Assembly (NCBI GenBank): GCA_013265495.1
Contig: PNXW01004639.1
Location: 62,001 to 126,000 of the forward strand
Direction of reading: 5' to 3'
DNA from: Vicugna vicugna
Taxonomy: Eukaryota
Length of the DNA: 64,000 bases
A program made the position numbers and the translations under genes. Each line of letters opens with the position of its first letter. Position 1 is the first letter of the stretch. Under the pieces are notes generated by a model. The model was not told where the DNA came from, ran no database searches, and saw nothing but the letters and a program-made list of their open reading frames with translations. Positions 39,929 to 52,140 of the stretch are shown here, piece by piece.

Positions 39929-41357
39929 TCTCTCACCCATCCTGAATCATACTCAGAATATTGGTCAGGATTTAAAAAGGGCAGTGACTCTCAACGGGAG
40001 ACGAATCCTTTGAAATTCGAGTTGTTCCAATTCATTATTTTGGATAAAACTAAAGAAAAAAATTTTTTTTAACAGTTTAGAAGGCAACCGAAGAAATAAA
40101 TGGGAACATAGAGATTTTCCAAATTATTTCAGATTTTTCATGAGCAAACATAGTTAAGACCACTGGCACAGGAAAGAACCTGGAAGGAAATTGGGGAGGA
40201 TACTGGCCCATTGCTCACCAAATCCATTTCCCCTTTTTTTCTAAGAACTAGATTGTTATGGGGACCATGTTACTGAGTCCCAGCCATTGGAGTGTGGGAG
40301 ACTCTGATGTGCGCTGCCTCCAGAACTAGTCCTTTAAAAACTCCAGCCTTGTGGTCTCCATGCGCCTTCTCCTGGGCCGGATGCAAATAAGCATGGTAAC
40401 CCCGGGAGCCACCCGTGGCCCAGGGTGGAACCGCAAGCCTGGGCCCCAGGATCACCACTTGGAGAGAGGCGCCTGCCATAGTGAACACCCGTTTGGATTT
40501 TACATCAATGAAGGATATGCCTCTTGTTTTAAATTGTTGAGAATTTGCAGTTCAACTATTATGATAGCTCACGTTACTTTAAGTCACACAGGAATGTTCC
40601 CACTGTGTTAAAGGAAAAAATTTTTTCTTTCGGAGACTAAAATTCTAGCATCATTAAACATGCAGATTCCAGATGTGAGCCTGAGAACCTAGCAGATATA
40701 AAAGATGTTTTTCCTTGCAGTGCAAGATCACATATGGTAAAGATGTCAATAAATGTTTCTAATAGGCTTCCTCTCATCTTAAGAACTCAGCCAACATTTT
40801 TGTGATAATACAGAGAACAGCTGGATTGTTTGAAAAACTTACCTCCAAAAGGGATGAGACAGGAAGCTCGTGAGTTAATTGCAAACATATTCATTGTATC
40901 ATAATGGGACTATTTTTAAAAGGTTCTGTGTTTTTTGGAAAAGTTCTTTTTGAATCAGATTTGGTTTTTAGCAATTGATTGACTAAGCTCCACCTCTAGA
41001 ATCTAAGATTCTAATCATTATATAAATCCACTACATAAAAAAGGCCTTGATAATTATTTTTCCACTGCAGTAAGTTTTCACAAGACAAATGAGTAACAAG
41101 TCTTCAATTTACTAAAAGTTGTTTTTTGAAAATAGTAAACTCCAAAAATAATACATCAATAGATCTGGCTAATCCAGAGTTTCAGAAGAGTTTTAAACAT
41201 AAAAACCTTATTCTAAAAAGTCATAAATTCACATATTGTAGAATAGAAACATGTGTGAAATACAGTGATCTCCTTCACATTTGCTGCTGTAAAACTAGGA
41301 AATGGTCAAGGAGCTTAAACTACCAGCTGCTTAGGAGGTTGTTAAAATGATATTCTT

Positions 41358-41428
41358 TTTTTTAACATTTTTTATTGAGTTATAGTCATTTTACAATGTT
41401 GTATCAAATTCCAGTGTAGAGCACAATT
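41358..41428 (-). mobile_element. Young camelid-type L1 3' terminus, about 70 bp, with 16-bp TSD
   Basis: Flanked by TTAAAATGATATTCTT at 41342-41357 and 41429-41444; body nearly identical to the start of the 41864 copy. Confidence 0.9.
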
Positions 41429-41863
41429 TTAAAATGATATTCTTAATCGCCATCTCCTTCTGGAGACATTGTTTTTTTTTTTGTCAACTAAAATAACTAT
41501 AATATCTTCAGAAAATAAGGATAAATATTTCAAATAGTGGCACACAAGGTTATGACATTTCTGTCACTTTCCCACACGATATGTCTTCATAATAGTTCAT
41601 CTTTTTATATCATGTGAAAGGGTTATTGGTTTCATAAAAAAGTAACGATTACTATCAGCAACAGCAATGGCGAAAGAGAGTGTCTCTGAATCTGCAGGAA
41701 CAGGTGTTGCCTCTGCCTCTAATGTCCCTCTTCCCTTCTGTTCACTCTCAAAAATCCAAATACTGCCACTTGCAGTCACCCTGTCTCCCTCTTTACATAA
41801 TCACTCCTTCTTTTGGGAAAACTGGATAACCACATGCAGAAAATGAAATTGGACCCCACCTTT

Positions 41864-42124
41864 TTATTTTTTTTAACATTTTTTATTGATTTATAATCAT
41901 TTTACAATGTTGTGTCAAATTCCAGTGTTCAGCACAATTTTTCAGTCATTCATGGACATATACACACTCATTGTCACATTTTTTTCTCTGTGATTTATCA
42001 TAACATTTTGTGTATATTTCCCTGTGCTATACAGTGTAATCTTGTTTATCTGTTCTGCAATTTTGAAATCCCAGTCTATCCCTTCCCACCCTCTACCCCC
42101 TGGTAACCACAAGTCTGTATTCTC
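41864..42124 (-). mobile_element. Young camelid-type L1 3' UTR, 5'-truncated, with TSD
   Basis: T-rich tail TTTTTTAACATTTTTTATTGA..CCCTGTGCTATACAG..GGTAACCACAAGTCTGT. TSD TTG(G/A)ACCCCACCTTT at 41849-41863 and 42125-42139. Confidence 0.9.
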
Positions 42125-42139
42125 TTGAACCCCACCTTT

Positions 42140-42439
42140 GATATCAGATCTCCTCCAATATGCAGTCAGAATCCTTATCCTCTACCATCTTTCAGGCGAT
42201 ACCTGACTACCCTTGCCTCCCTTTTGCAAGAATCTGCAAAGTCTTTTTAGCCAGAGTACACCCTTATTACTGATATTTCCTTTTAGTAATTTTCTGCCCA
42301 ATGAACCTTCAGCTGTCCCTTGGCTATAAATCCCTACTTGCCCATTTTGTATTTGGTTTCTTTTCCCATATTGCAATAACTCCTACATAAAATCTGTTTT
42401 TACCTCTTAGTTACTGTCCAGCTCTGATTTTCTTCAATA
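42140..42439 (+). mobile_element. ERV1 LTR fragment (MER39/MER34-like), 3' half
   Basis: GCAAGAATC..TTTAGCCAGAG..TTAGTAATTTTC..CCTTGGCTATAAATCCCTACTTG (TATA), ending TTTTCTTCAATA. Confidence 0.7.
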
Positions 42440-43040
42440 GTTGATTAAAAGTAAAAGGATAGAAAATGACATACCATGCAAACTTGAACCAAAAGAAAGT
42501 AAGAATACTCAAATTAATATCAAATAATGTTGACTTCAGAACAAGGAATTAAAAGGTCAATTCAAAGGATAAAAATGTCAATCACTAATAATGCACAACA
42601 GTTTAAAATATGCCTTCATCTAAAAACGAAACTTCAAAATACATAAAGCAAAATCTGCTCAAATTGAAAGGAAAAACAGACATAGCCACCATTACAGTTG
42701 GAAACTTTAAAATGTCTTTCTCGGTAATTGATACAAAAGATAGACATTCAGCAAGAATATAGGAAATATTTTTAAATTGGGTTCATCAAAACCAAAACGT
42801 TTTGCTATGCAAAAGACATTAAAAGAATGAAAAGACAAGTTACAGTCTGGTAGAAAATAATTGCAAATCACATGCTTAACAAAAGATTTGCATCCAGGAT
42901 ATATAAATAACTTCCAAAAGTAAGTAACAAGGAAACAAACAACCCAGTTTTTTTAAATGGGTAAATGGTTTGACAGATACTTCAGAAATGACATTTACAT
43001 ATCAGATAAGTGCATAGAAAGATCCTCAACATCTTCTGTC
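42440..43040 (+). mobile_element. Old L1 ORF2 relic: endonuclease segment joined to C-terminal segment
   Basis: AAAGTAAAAGGATAGAAAA..ATACCATGCAAAC..CAGTTGGAAACTTTAA (endonuclease), then from about 42770 GAATGAAAAGACAAG..GAAAATAATTGCAAATCACAT (C-terminal). Confidence 0.8.
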
Positions 43041-43699
43041 ACAATGATAAGCTGTAATAGTTCTCAAAAATGAAATAATATTCAATTGACTAGGCTGTTG
43101 AAATACTATAACAAAATAGCAAAGTATCAGAAAAAGCTTAATGTCTTACAACAAAATGGTTACAACTTTCCTTTCCGTTTATGATGTAAAAAATGATAGA
43201 AATGATAGGGTATCTTAGAGTACAGAGTTTTAAAATGAAAATAGGTGAAATATTTTATCTTTGTGCTTTCTCCTATTTGTATATGTTTGTTGCCAATATA
43301 TCATTACTGTCCCCAAAAGATAGAGTAGCAAATAAAGTCAAATTTGCATTTTTCTCTATGCTATTGCATAATGAAAAGCATACTTAATATACACAGAGTC
43401 TATGAAATCTGAAGTCTGAGAATTCTAGTAAGTTCCAAATATTTCTGCTGTTTGGATACACAGAACCTTTTTTTGCAATTGTAAATTGATCCTCAAAGCT
43501 TAACTTAGCTTAGATCTTAGTATATAACATTTTTTCCAATTGTAATACTCTGTACCAGTATATTGTACAGAAAAATGCATTTTCATATACTTCTAGATAG
43601 AGTGTATATTAGTTTAAAAAATCCAGAGGCAATCTTTAATATTTAAAATATTTAAAGTAATTCTCTTTGGCAAATACACGAAATTCATTATCTTCATGA

Positions 43700-43820
43700 A
43701 TCATTTCAGCAAAGGTATAAAGCAGGCAGTATTTTTGCTATCTCCGTTTTATCTATGAGAAAGTGGAGTGTGGAGAGTCTTGTCCAAGGTCATACAGTTA
43801 GTAGCAACAGAACCATCAGC
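43700..43820 (-). mobile_element. MIR fragment
   Basis: TATCTCCGTTTTATCTATGAGAAAGTGGAG..CTTGTCCAAGGTCATACAGTTAGTA. Confidence 0.75.
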
Positions 43821-43987
43821 AGCTAAATATATATAAAATTCTCAGCATCATACCTCTCTAATAGTAAATGCTTATTAGTAAATGGTTTTTTAATAATTGT
43901 AAGTGATTGTTTTCATACTCATTTTAAAAAATCACTACTAAAATTTCATTTATTTGGATAAAATTTGGAAAATGATTACAGGCATCT

Positions 43988-44275
43988 GGGGGTTTTTTCA
44001 CTGAAGTATATAGTCAGTTACAATGTGTCAGCCTCTGTGTACAGCATCATGTCCCAGTCATGCTTATATACACAGTATTTGTTTTCACATTCTCCCTCAT
44101 TAAATGTTACCATAAGACATTGAATATGGTTCCCTGTGCTACACAGAAGCAGCTTGTTTTTTTAAATCTATTTTTATATATAGTGGTTAACATTTGCAAA
44201 TCTCAAACTCCCAAATTTATCCCTTCCCTCCTCCTTTCCCCAGTAACCACAGAATTGTTTACTAAGTCTGCGAGC
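43988..44275 (-). mobile_element. Artiodactyl/camelid L1 3' UTR with 15-bp TSD
   Basis: TGAAGTATATAGTCAGTTACAATGTG..GACATTGAATATGGTTCCCTGTGCTACACAG. TSD TGATTAC(A/G)GGCATCT at 43973-43987 and 44276-44290. Confidence 0.88.
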
Positions 44276-46324
44276 TGATTACGGGCATCTCTTGACAGCA
44301 CTGTTTGCAAGGGGCAGTGTAACAATGGGATTGTATTTAATAGTGAATATTTTGTAGTGAATCTGCCAGGTGACCGCAAAAGATCTATGGGGACACAGGA
44401 GCATTTCCAGAGGCCAGGAGTGGAACATGCTTGATTGGGAGACACAGATGTAAGCTCCTTGGCTCTGGCAAGAATGCAGATTGGGAGGTGTTACTGCTGT
44501 GGTTGCAAGATCACCTGCTCCTTTGGTAAAGCTGAAGAAGGGAATCACATACTCCTCTTCTGCATACTTTCTTCTATTCTTCTGCTCATTTTTCCCCTAC
44601 ATTAAAAAATACTAACTGAAGTGCGATGAGCTGTTCTATTATCTTAACATCTATACCATCTTCCTAACTAAATCTCCAATTTAAATGCCATCTAACCCCT
44701 AAGTGCGTACCTCCATATAATGGGAGATGCAGAAAGCACTCCCTAATCTTGTCTATAGCAATTATTTTGTAAATATAAACAGCCCTCTCTGGACCTTCAC
44801 TGTTATAAATGAGCTTAATGGAAGAAGAGCTGGCTGGCTAGTATCTAATTACAGGGCATAAATAGTAACATTAGCGTCACCTCTGCTTTCCTGCACTGCT
44901 GCTGGCCAGGTAGCTTTGGTGACCTCTTGTCCACAGACCAGTGGTCATTGATCTGTAATATCTGCCATTAATTCAAAGACTGGACTTTGCTTCTTAATCT
45001 CCTTTAGGATAATGTCCTGATGTTAATTGCCTTACTTTTTCTGCACTAGGTTAATTTTCCTTTTCTTTCAAACTATGGCAAAAGTTAAGTTACACCTTAG
45101 CAAAAAAGTCCATCAGTAGCAGAAATTACTGGCTTGAACTGTTACATATTTCTTAAATCTGTCTTGTTATTCTGGTTAGTTTGCCGCCAATCATGAAGTT
45201 AAAGAAAATACCAACAAGATATGAACAAACCCCCTTTTTTCCGAGCATGTGTCACGTCAGATGTGGCTTCAGTGACTCCCTTCTACATTATGCTCTTCGG
45301 TTTTTATGCCGAATAGGAAAATGACATGTCTCACTCTGAGTTTGAAAAGTTGTCAAATATTAGCTTCCCTAGGTTCCCTCCTCCAACAAACCTAGTATTC
45401 TTTCCTCGACATGCGTGCTCCTCGTGAAAAACATCTGCTTTCCGTTTGAAAACAGTGTCTGACTGGAAACTCCTTAAACAGCACCAACCTACTCCCTGCC
45501 GTCCGTATCCCCCAGAGACCTAGAAGGACATTTTTAATCACCTTGGCACCTGCTTTTGAGGCAGCCAGAGTCCTTGCTTAACCCCAGGAGGCAAGAGAAC
45601 TGAAAAGTGAGAGTGAGGGGAGGAGGGAAGGGAAATGCGATCACAGAATGCAGGCTGAGGCACAGAGTCGTCCCCCGTCAGCCAAGGCGGGAGGGCAGGG
45701 TTTCATACAGGAGGGACTCTGGACACGGCCTCTAGTGTAGCCCTCATGCCCAGGGTGGCAGGAGGAGCCCACCTCAGAATCGCTGAATGGGTGGCTCGGA
45801 GAAGTTTATTTAAATCTGTAGAAACCATTCTTTCTCTTTACTTCTAAGAAAGGAATTTCAGCAAGACTCATAAAGCCAATGAGCATTTTAAAGACTAATC
45901 TTCACTACCTGTCCCCTCTGAATACCTCACCTAGCTAAATGACTCTTAGAACAAAAGTTAATGAATAACAATAAAATGATGTAAAGGGCACCAGCAAAAA
46001 TATTTTCAATCAAGGGAAAGAAGAGTTTTGTTTCAAAAACAGTGTGGAATTAATTAACAAGATGGTGGGGATATTTTTTAATTGACTTGGTAATAAAGCC
46101 AAGTAGTCAGTGTCTTTTTAGGACCATAAAATAGGTGTGAGCACCAAAACAGAAATGACATCCAATTGGCTATTTCAAAATAGCTTATACATAGAATTCC
46201 CAGTTACGGCGGGAAGTGTCGGGTCATTACAGTGCCTCCCTTCGGCCGCACACAAGCACAGCTCCAGACGAAATCCAAAGAACGGCTACCCCAGTGGTCT
46301 GAAGATTCAACTAAATGAGCAGAT

Positions 46325-46500
46325 TTATAGCACCGGGAACTATATTCAATTTCTCGTAACATCAGATAATGGAAAGGAATCTGAAAGCAAAATATATATG
46401 TATGTATGTATATGTGCAGCTGAATTCCTTTGCTGTACACTTGAAACTAACACTGTAACTCAACTACACTTCAATAAAAAATAAAATTAGGAAAAAAAAG
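46325..46500 (+). mobile_element. Artiodactyl/camelid L1 3' end
   Basis: TATAGCACCGGGAACTATATTCAAT..TTTGCTGTACACTTGAAACTAACAC..CAACTACACTTCAATAAAAA plus A-tail. Confidence 0.85.
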
Positions 46501-46594
46501 TGGACTCTTGAGGGGAATCAGAGCTTGGAGAAACTCATGAAGTGGATTTTCCATTTTCCCCCTCTCTCCTATTTCTCCTGCACCAGGAATCAAC

Positions 46595-46760
46595 TCTGTT
46601 ACTAGGTGCATCTATGACTTTGAAATGTTTCTTTTTATTTCTGGTTGTAATCTTGTCTTGAGGCCTATTTTATCTTATATTAAAATTGCCACTCTAGCTT
46701 ATTTTTTATGCTGTTTCTTTCATACATTTCTTCTCAATCCGTCATGAACTTTATGTATAA
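46595..46760 (-). mobile_element. L1 ORF2 endonuclease fragment, inverted
   Basis: CTTGTCTTGAGGCCTATTTTATCTTATATTAAAATTGCCACTCTAGCTT is antisense L1 endonuclease-like sequence. Confidence 0.7.
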
Positions 46761-46774
46761 ATCAACTTTTAGGT

Positions 46775-48310
46775 TAATAAGTTTATCAAGTTACATGATA
46801 CACATAAAAATCAACTTTTCTATACATTAGCAACATAGAATAAAGAAATGAACATATAAAATAATGCCATTAACAATAGCTTCAAGAAAGTCAAATACAT
46901 GAAAATCAATCTAGCAAAATGTATGGAAGACCTCTACACAGAAAACTTAAGGGGGGAAATTTTTAAAGACCTAAATAAGTGGAGAAATAGATCAAGTTGG
47001 TGCTTAAGGAGATTTCAGTATTTCAAAATCTGGATGTATATTGTGTGAAACACTGATTTTAAAATTTATATGTAAAGTCAAAGAGCCAAGAGTGACTAAG
47101 TTACTCTTGAAGATGAACAGAGTTGAAGAATTTCCCTACCTGATACGAGACATAAATCTACAGTGAAAGGAGTGTGGGGTTAGGACAAGATTTGAGCGAA
47201 ATATACCCCTGGGTCAGAAGAGGAAGTTCTGAAGCACATCCACACACGTGTGGCTACCTGACTTACGATCCAAGTGGCACTGCAGGGAGGACCTTTTTTC
47301 AATAAATTTTGATATTTAGTAAATTTTTCAGTAAAGCTGGATAATCATAGAGGAGGGAAAAAGTGACCTTGTCCCTTATTTTACATCATACTGCAGAAAA
47401 CAAAATCCAGGTAAATTATAATTTTAAATGTGCAAAGTAAAACATTAAAATTTTAGAAGAAAATATGCAACAATATATTCATGACTTTGGGGCTTGGAAA
47501 AATTTTTAAACAGTACACAAAAACTATTAACCGTAAAAGAAAATTTAAAAAAGATCTATTGGATTTTATTAAAATTATGACCCTCTAGGTTCACCAAAAG
47601 ACATCATTGAGAGAGTGGAAATGTATAAAGGATTACACATGTTTATGCTTATACAGTGTGCATATAAATGTATTATATATGTATATGCATATCCAGAATA
47701 TATAACATCTACACAGACTGTCTCATAGACAAATGGACAATGAGTATGATGAACAGACTCTTCACAAAGGAATATACTCAAATGGCCAGCTATGCTCAGT
47801 ATCATTAATCATCAAGGGAATGCAAATTAAAACCACAATGCAGCACCACGCTAAGCTCACGAGAACGCTAACGTGCATCACCCCCGTGTGACAATAACAA
47901 GTGTGAGCGAGGATGCGGAGCAGCTGAAAGTCTTGTGTAGTGCTCTTGGGACTCTGGACTGATCAAATGTCTTGGGAAAGGATTTTAGTTATCTACCAGC
48001 TCTAGAGTCTGATTGCAGCAATGTTAGTAATATGCCCAGAAGACGTGTGTATACTCATAGCAGCTTGATTCATGATAGCCATTTAAGTAAGTGTCAAACC
48101 TAGAAAAATACTCCTGGGTGATTGAAATCAGAATAGTGGTTACTTTGGGAAGGGAGGAAATGGTAAGGAGGGGCGTGAGGAAGGTTTCTGTCAAGCTGAT
48201 AATTCTCTGTAAGTTGTGCTGAGTCATGGTAAAGCAAGTGCATTTACTTAATAATTCATTTTAGATCTATGCATGTCATGCAGTTATACTTCAGTAATGA
48301 AAGTTTGCTC
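46775..48310 (+). mobile_element. Old L1 (L1MC/ME-like) ORF2 and 3' UTR
   Basis: GAAGACCTCTACACAGAAAAC, AAAGACCTAAATAAGTGGAGA, AGGGAATGCAAATTAAAACCACAATG, GAAATCAGAATAGTGGTTACTTTGGG, GTTATACTTCAGTAA. Confidence 0.88.
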
Positions 48311-48459
48311 AAAAAAAGAGATAGATTACTTAAGACTATCCTTAAGGAATTACATTTTGACTTATCAAGATTTGATTTAGAATCCCACCTGGTTCTGAAC
48401 TCCAAACTTTAAGTGGCTGCACTTAGAAGAGACCTAATTTTAAAACAGTTTATACTATT

Positions 48460-48745
48460 GTAGTCAAACAAACTTATGGTTACCAGGGGGAGAGGGGTGG
48501 TGAGGGATAAATTGGGAGTTTGGGATTTGTAGATATTATTGTACATAAAACAGACAAACAACAAGGTCCTACTGTACAGCACAGAGAACTATATTCAATA
48601 TCTTGTATTAACCTATACTGAAAAAGGATAAGAAAAGGAATACATATATATTATATATATTAAAAAAAAACTGAATCACTATGCTGTGCACGAGAAACTA
48701 ATATACCATTGTAAATTGACTATATATCAATTTAAAAATTTTTAG
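48460..48745 (+). mobile_element. Artiodactyl/camelid L1 3' UTR
   Basis: AAACAAACTTATGGTTACCAGGGGG..GGGATAAATTGGGAGTTTGGGATT..AACAAGGTCCTACTGTACAGCACAG..ATTGTAAATTGACTATA. Confidence 0.9.
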
Positions 48746-49779
48746 AAAATACAAGACAAAAAGTTTGTAACTAATTAATAAATTATATGAATTCCAATTA
48801 TTTTTGAAAAGCAGTTTAATCCTTCTATGTTGTACCTTATTAACATTTAAAAATACAGAATTGTCATAGTTAACTTTTATTAGGTAACTCTCCTAGTTAA
48901 TTTAATTATTACTGTATTAACTTTTATTAAGCCTCTCATGTCCATACTGTGAACATATGTACACATCACATTTATAAATATTTATATTCAGTTAACACCT
49001 AATAGACCCCAGAAAAAAATTAGAATTAGAATAAATTATTGAAAAAATTCCATTTTCATCACTATCTAGCTGTGGAACTGAGCAAATCCTTATTCCTTCT
49101 AGGTGGCAGGTGTAACAGTGGTTTGAGCTGGGCCAGTCTCTCTGCTGTGTCAGTGGGCTGTCAGGAATCAACAGGCTACCTTACATGGTCACTGAGCTTG
49201 ATTCTAAATCTAACATACTATGCTTCCAAATTAATAGGATTCCCTGAAAGGAAATATCTCAACCAGCCTTTCTATTACTGTCTGATATGGGGAATGCCTC
49301 ATTCCCCCCATAATTTGCTTGAATGATCAAATTGTGAATTAATTGAAAACAGGTGACTATTTCTGGCTTGCCCAGAATTGAATGTATTGACTTTCCTCTG
49401 TTTGGTTAAGTGTTATTTAGTCCTCTCTAAGTCATAATTAATAAACCATGAGTTAAATTTTCCAAGGCATATTAATCACCTGACAGACATTTGCTGCCTA
49501 AAGAGACACTGTCTTATAAAGGATAGCTGTAAATAGAAGAGAGGGGTTAATTAACCCCCAAATCCACTTGGTAGATTTACATGAAAGTGTGAACTCAGTA
49601 CCGCAGTCTGGCATGACTTGTGCTTTAACTGTATTTTATTAAGGAAAGTTTAAAAAATCTTCCTTTGAAAAGGCAAATTAACCTGTCTTATATTTAAATG
49701 ATTTTAATTATATTTTTCAACTCCCTTTTAGAGTTATTTTTAGATGACAGTTTGGCATAAATCAACAAAACATGTTACC

Positions 49780-50100
49780 ATCAAATGCAGCATGAATTTA
49801 AGCAAAGGGAAAATGTAATTTTATAGAGAAGAGGACAAGATCATTCTAAGCAAATCAAAGGATGTGCACAAAATCACAGGGACTTCACAACAGTGAGTCC
49901 AGTTTCATCAAACAGACTAAGGGAGGCATAGAATGGGAGATAAAGCTGAAAAGGCAGGGGCTGATGAGGTCATGAAGAGACCTTCATGGTGCATGCAGAC
50001 AGTCTTACCTTCCAAGCAATGGGTATCACGCAGGTTCAGGACAGGAGTGACAGATCGGAGCAGCACTTTAGGAAAATTTAACCTGGAAGATTATTTGAAA
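49780..50100 (-). mobile_element. L2 fragment (antisense)
   Basis: CATTCTAAGCAA..GATGTGCACAAAATCACAG..GGGAGATAAAGCTGAAAAGGCAGG..GGAGTGACAGATC. Confidence 0.6.
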
Positions 50101-50119
50101 TGTAGCAATAGAAGGATTT

Positions 50120-50645
50120 TCTCAGTTTCCCACAGTTTTAGTTACCACCGTGCATACTCTGATCATCCCCAAATATTTATTGCTAGCCCTTTAATTCTCA
50201 CTCAGTGTGCAAAAATGAAGGTACAAATAAATGAGTACCTGACAGAACTCTCAAGTTCAACATCTACAAAACTCAAATTTTACCCTCGAACCCTTCTTCT
50301 GACCATATTTTCTATTCTTCTTAATCACACGACCATCCACATTGCAGTAAATCTGGAAGCTTCACCCCACATCTAATGAATGTCCAGTTTGGGTTTTCTG
50401 CCTTTTAAATCCCTCTCAAGTCTGAGTCCTGTGGTCCCCAGTTCCTGCACTGCCTTAGGTCAAGGCTGCATCCTTACAATTGACCTCTAACTGATGTTTC
50501 TTCCTTCAGTACCTTTCCTCTTTCATTTATGCTATACCCTGCTGCCCAATACTTTTAAAAATAAAAAATAAGTAAACAATCAAGTACATAAATAAACAAA
50601 CGTTTGAGGTAGCCAGTGCATGTCACTGTTCAAGTCCTTCAAGTC
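50120..50645 (+). mobile_element. L2 fragment
   Basis: TCTGATCATCCCCAAATATTTAT, CTCAAGTTCAACATCTACAAAACTCAA, CACGACCATCCAC. Confidence 0.65.
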
Positions 50646-51229
50646 TCTTGAATCTAACGGGGACAGTTCATGCACTTTAGCCCATCACATAGCAGTGTGA
50701 TAATCAAAACACGTATCTCCAAGTACAAGACGCACACAGATTGCAGACTGCAGGTCGATTCAGGAGAGGGGCTGCCTGTAAGTGGCCAGTGTGGTGTAAC
50801 TATGCGAACCAACTTCACACGGGCCTGGAACGCAGGTCCTTCATGATCTTGCCCCCTACTCCCTGTCAGCCTGTGCGTGGCTGCTTCCACCCACCCACTG
50901 TGTGCTCCATCAAGGTGGAGTCAGTCTTCCTTGGGTCCCTGGAAAGTACAGAGCTTCAGAACTCATCTTATGGCCCAATTTTCATGATTCCGTGGCCTAT
51001 CAGAACAAGCATTTCAAAGCACAAATTTTCTTCTTCATAATATCTTATTACGGCATTTCTCTCCGTTTGTTCTTAGTCATAAATAGTCATTTTAAAATAT
51101 ACGTATATATATATATTTCTTCATTGTATGAATCTGTATCTTATGATCTATACATGATATACAAGTGTTTAGGATATAAACACATATGCATACACGTTTG
51201 CGTGCGTGTGTGTGACACGTTGGAACACC

Positions 51230-52140
51230 CCAGAACTCTTCTTATTTACACTCACTCTCCTGGAAATCTTAACCTGTCCCATGGCTTCGAACCCCATCTC
51301 TTCAGCTGACTACATGGCCTTACAGCCTTCCCTGTGTACCTTTTAAACCTTCACTTCCAAATCTTGGATCAAATCATGTCTTACCAGGAAGCAAACCTTG
51401 ACTATCCCATTTAGTACCACCCTGTTCCCATCCTCTCCTATCCTGGTGTCCAACTCCCGCTACACTACTCTCTAGAGCACTTAGCGCTTTTCAACATACT
51501 GTATAATTTACCTATTTACTGGGCTTATTGTACGTCTCTCCAGCTAGAAATTAAGTTCCACAAGGGATAGGATCTTTGTCTGTTTCATCGTCTGATGTGA
51601 ACAAGTAAACAAGTGTCGTAATAATGCCCAGTGTATGTTAGGAGCCCAATCACTATTTATTCAATATTGAAAATACAAGTACCTTGAAAGTCGCCTCACA
51701 TCTCCTTTTTGGGACTGAGGAGTGAAATATCTATGTGATGGAAACACCTCCAGACCGTGTACGCTATCCCCTCTGCTGAGAATGCTTTCACCCACTCAGA
51801 CTCTGCACCACCACACACACCCAGGAACACACCGCACACATAAAGTCCTTCAGACACTGATCAGATACCACCTTTCCTCTAAGACTCTTCAGGCTTCCAG
51901 AAAGAGGAAATTGCTGTTTCTTCTCTAAGAACACTGTAAGCTGTACATATTTTAATAGGGCTTTAATGTATTTTACTTCTGTGTTCTACTTAAATGCCTG
52001 TCTGTAGGGTATTTCTATTTAAATATGTATCCTCAGACCATGGGTTCCTAGAGGGCAGAACCCATGTCTTATTCATCTTTGAATGGCAAGACGTAGAACA
52101 GTCTAGATATTATTTAAATTCATCGAATTAGGAATTAATG
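51230..52140 (+). mobile_element. Two tandem L2 3' fragments
   Basis: CTAGAAATTAAGTTCCACAAGGGATAGGATCTTTGTCTGTTT (about 51545) and GGTTCCTAGAGGGCAGAACCCATGTCTTATTCATCTTTG (about 52045). Confidence 0.7.

Noticed and set aside
40997..41013. Short palindrome TAGAATCT-A-AGATTCTA
   Set aside because: 8-bp AT-rich arms are within chance expectation for 64 kb.
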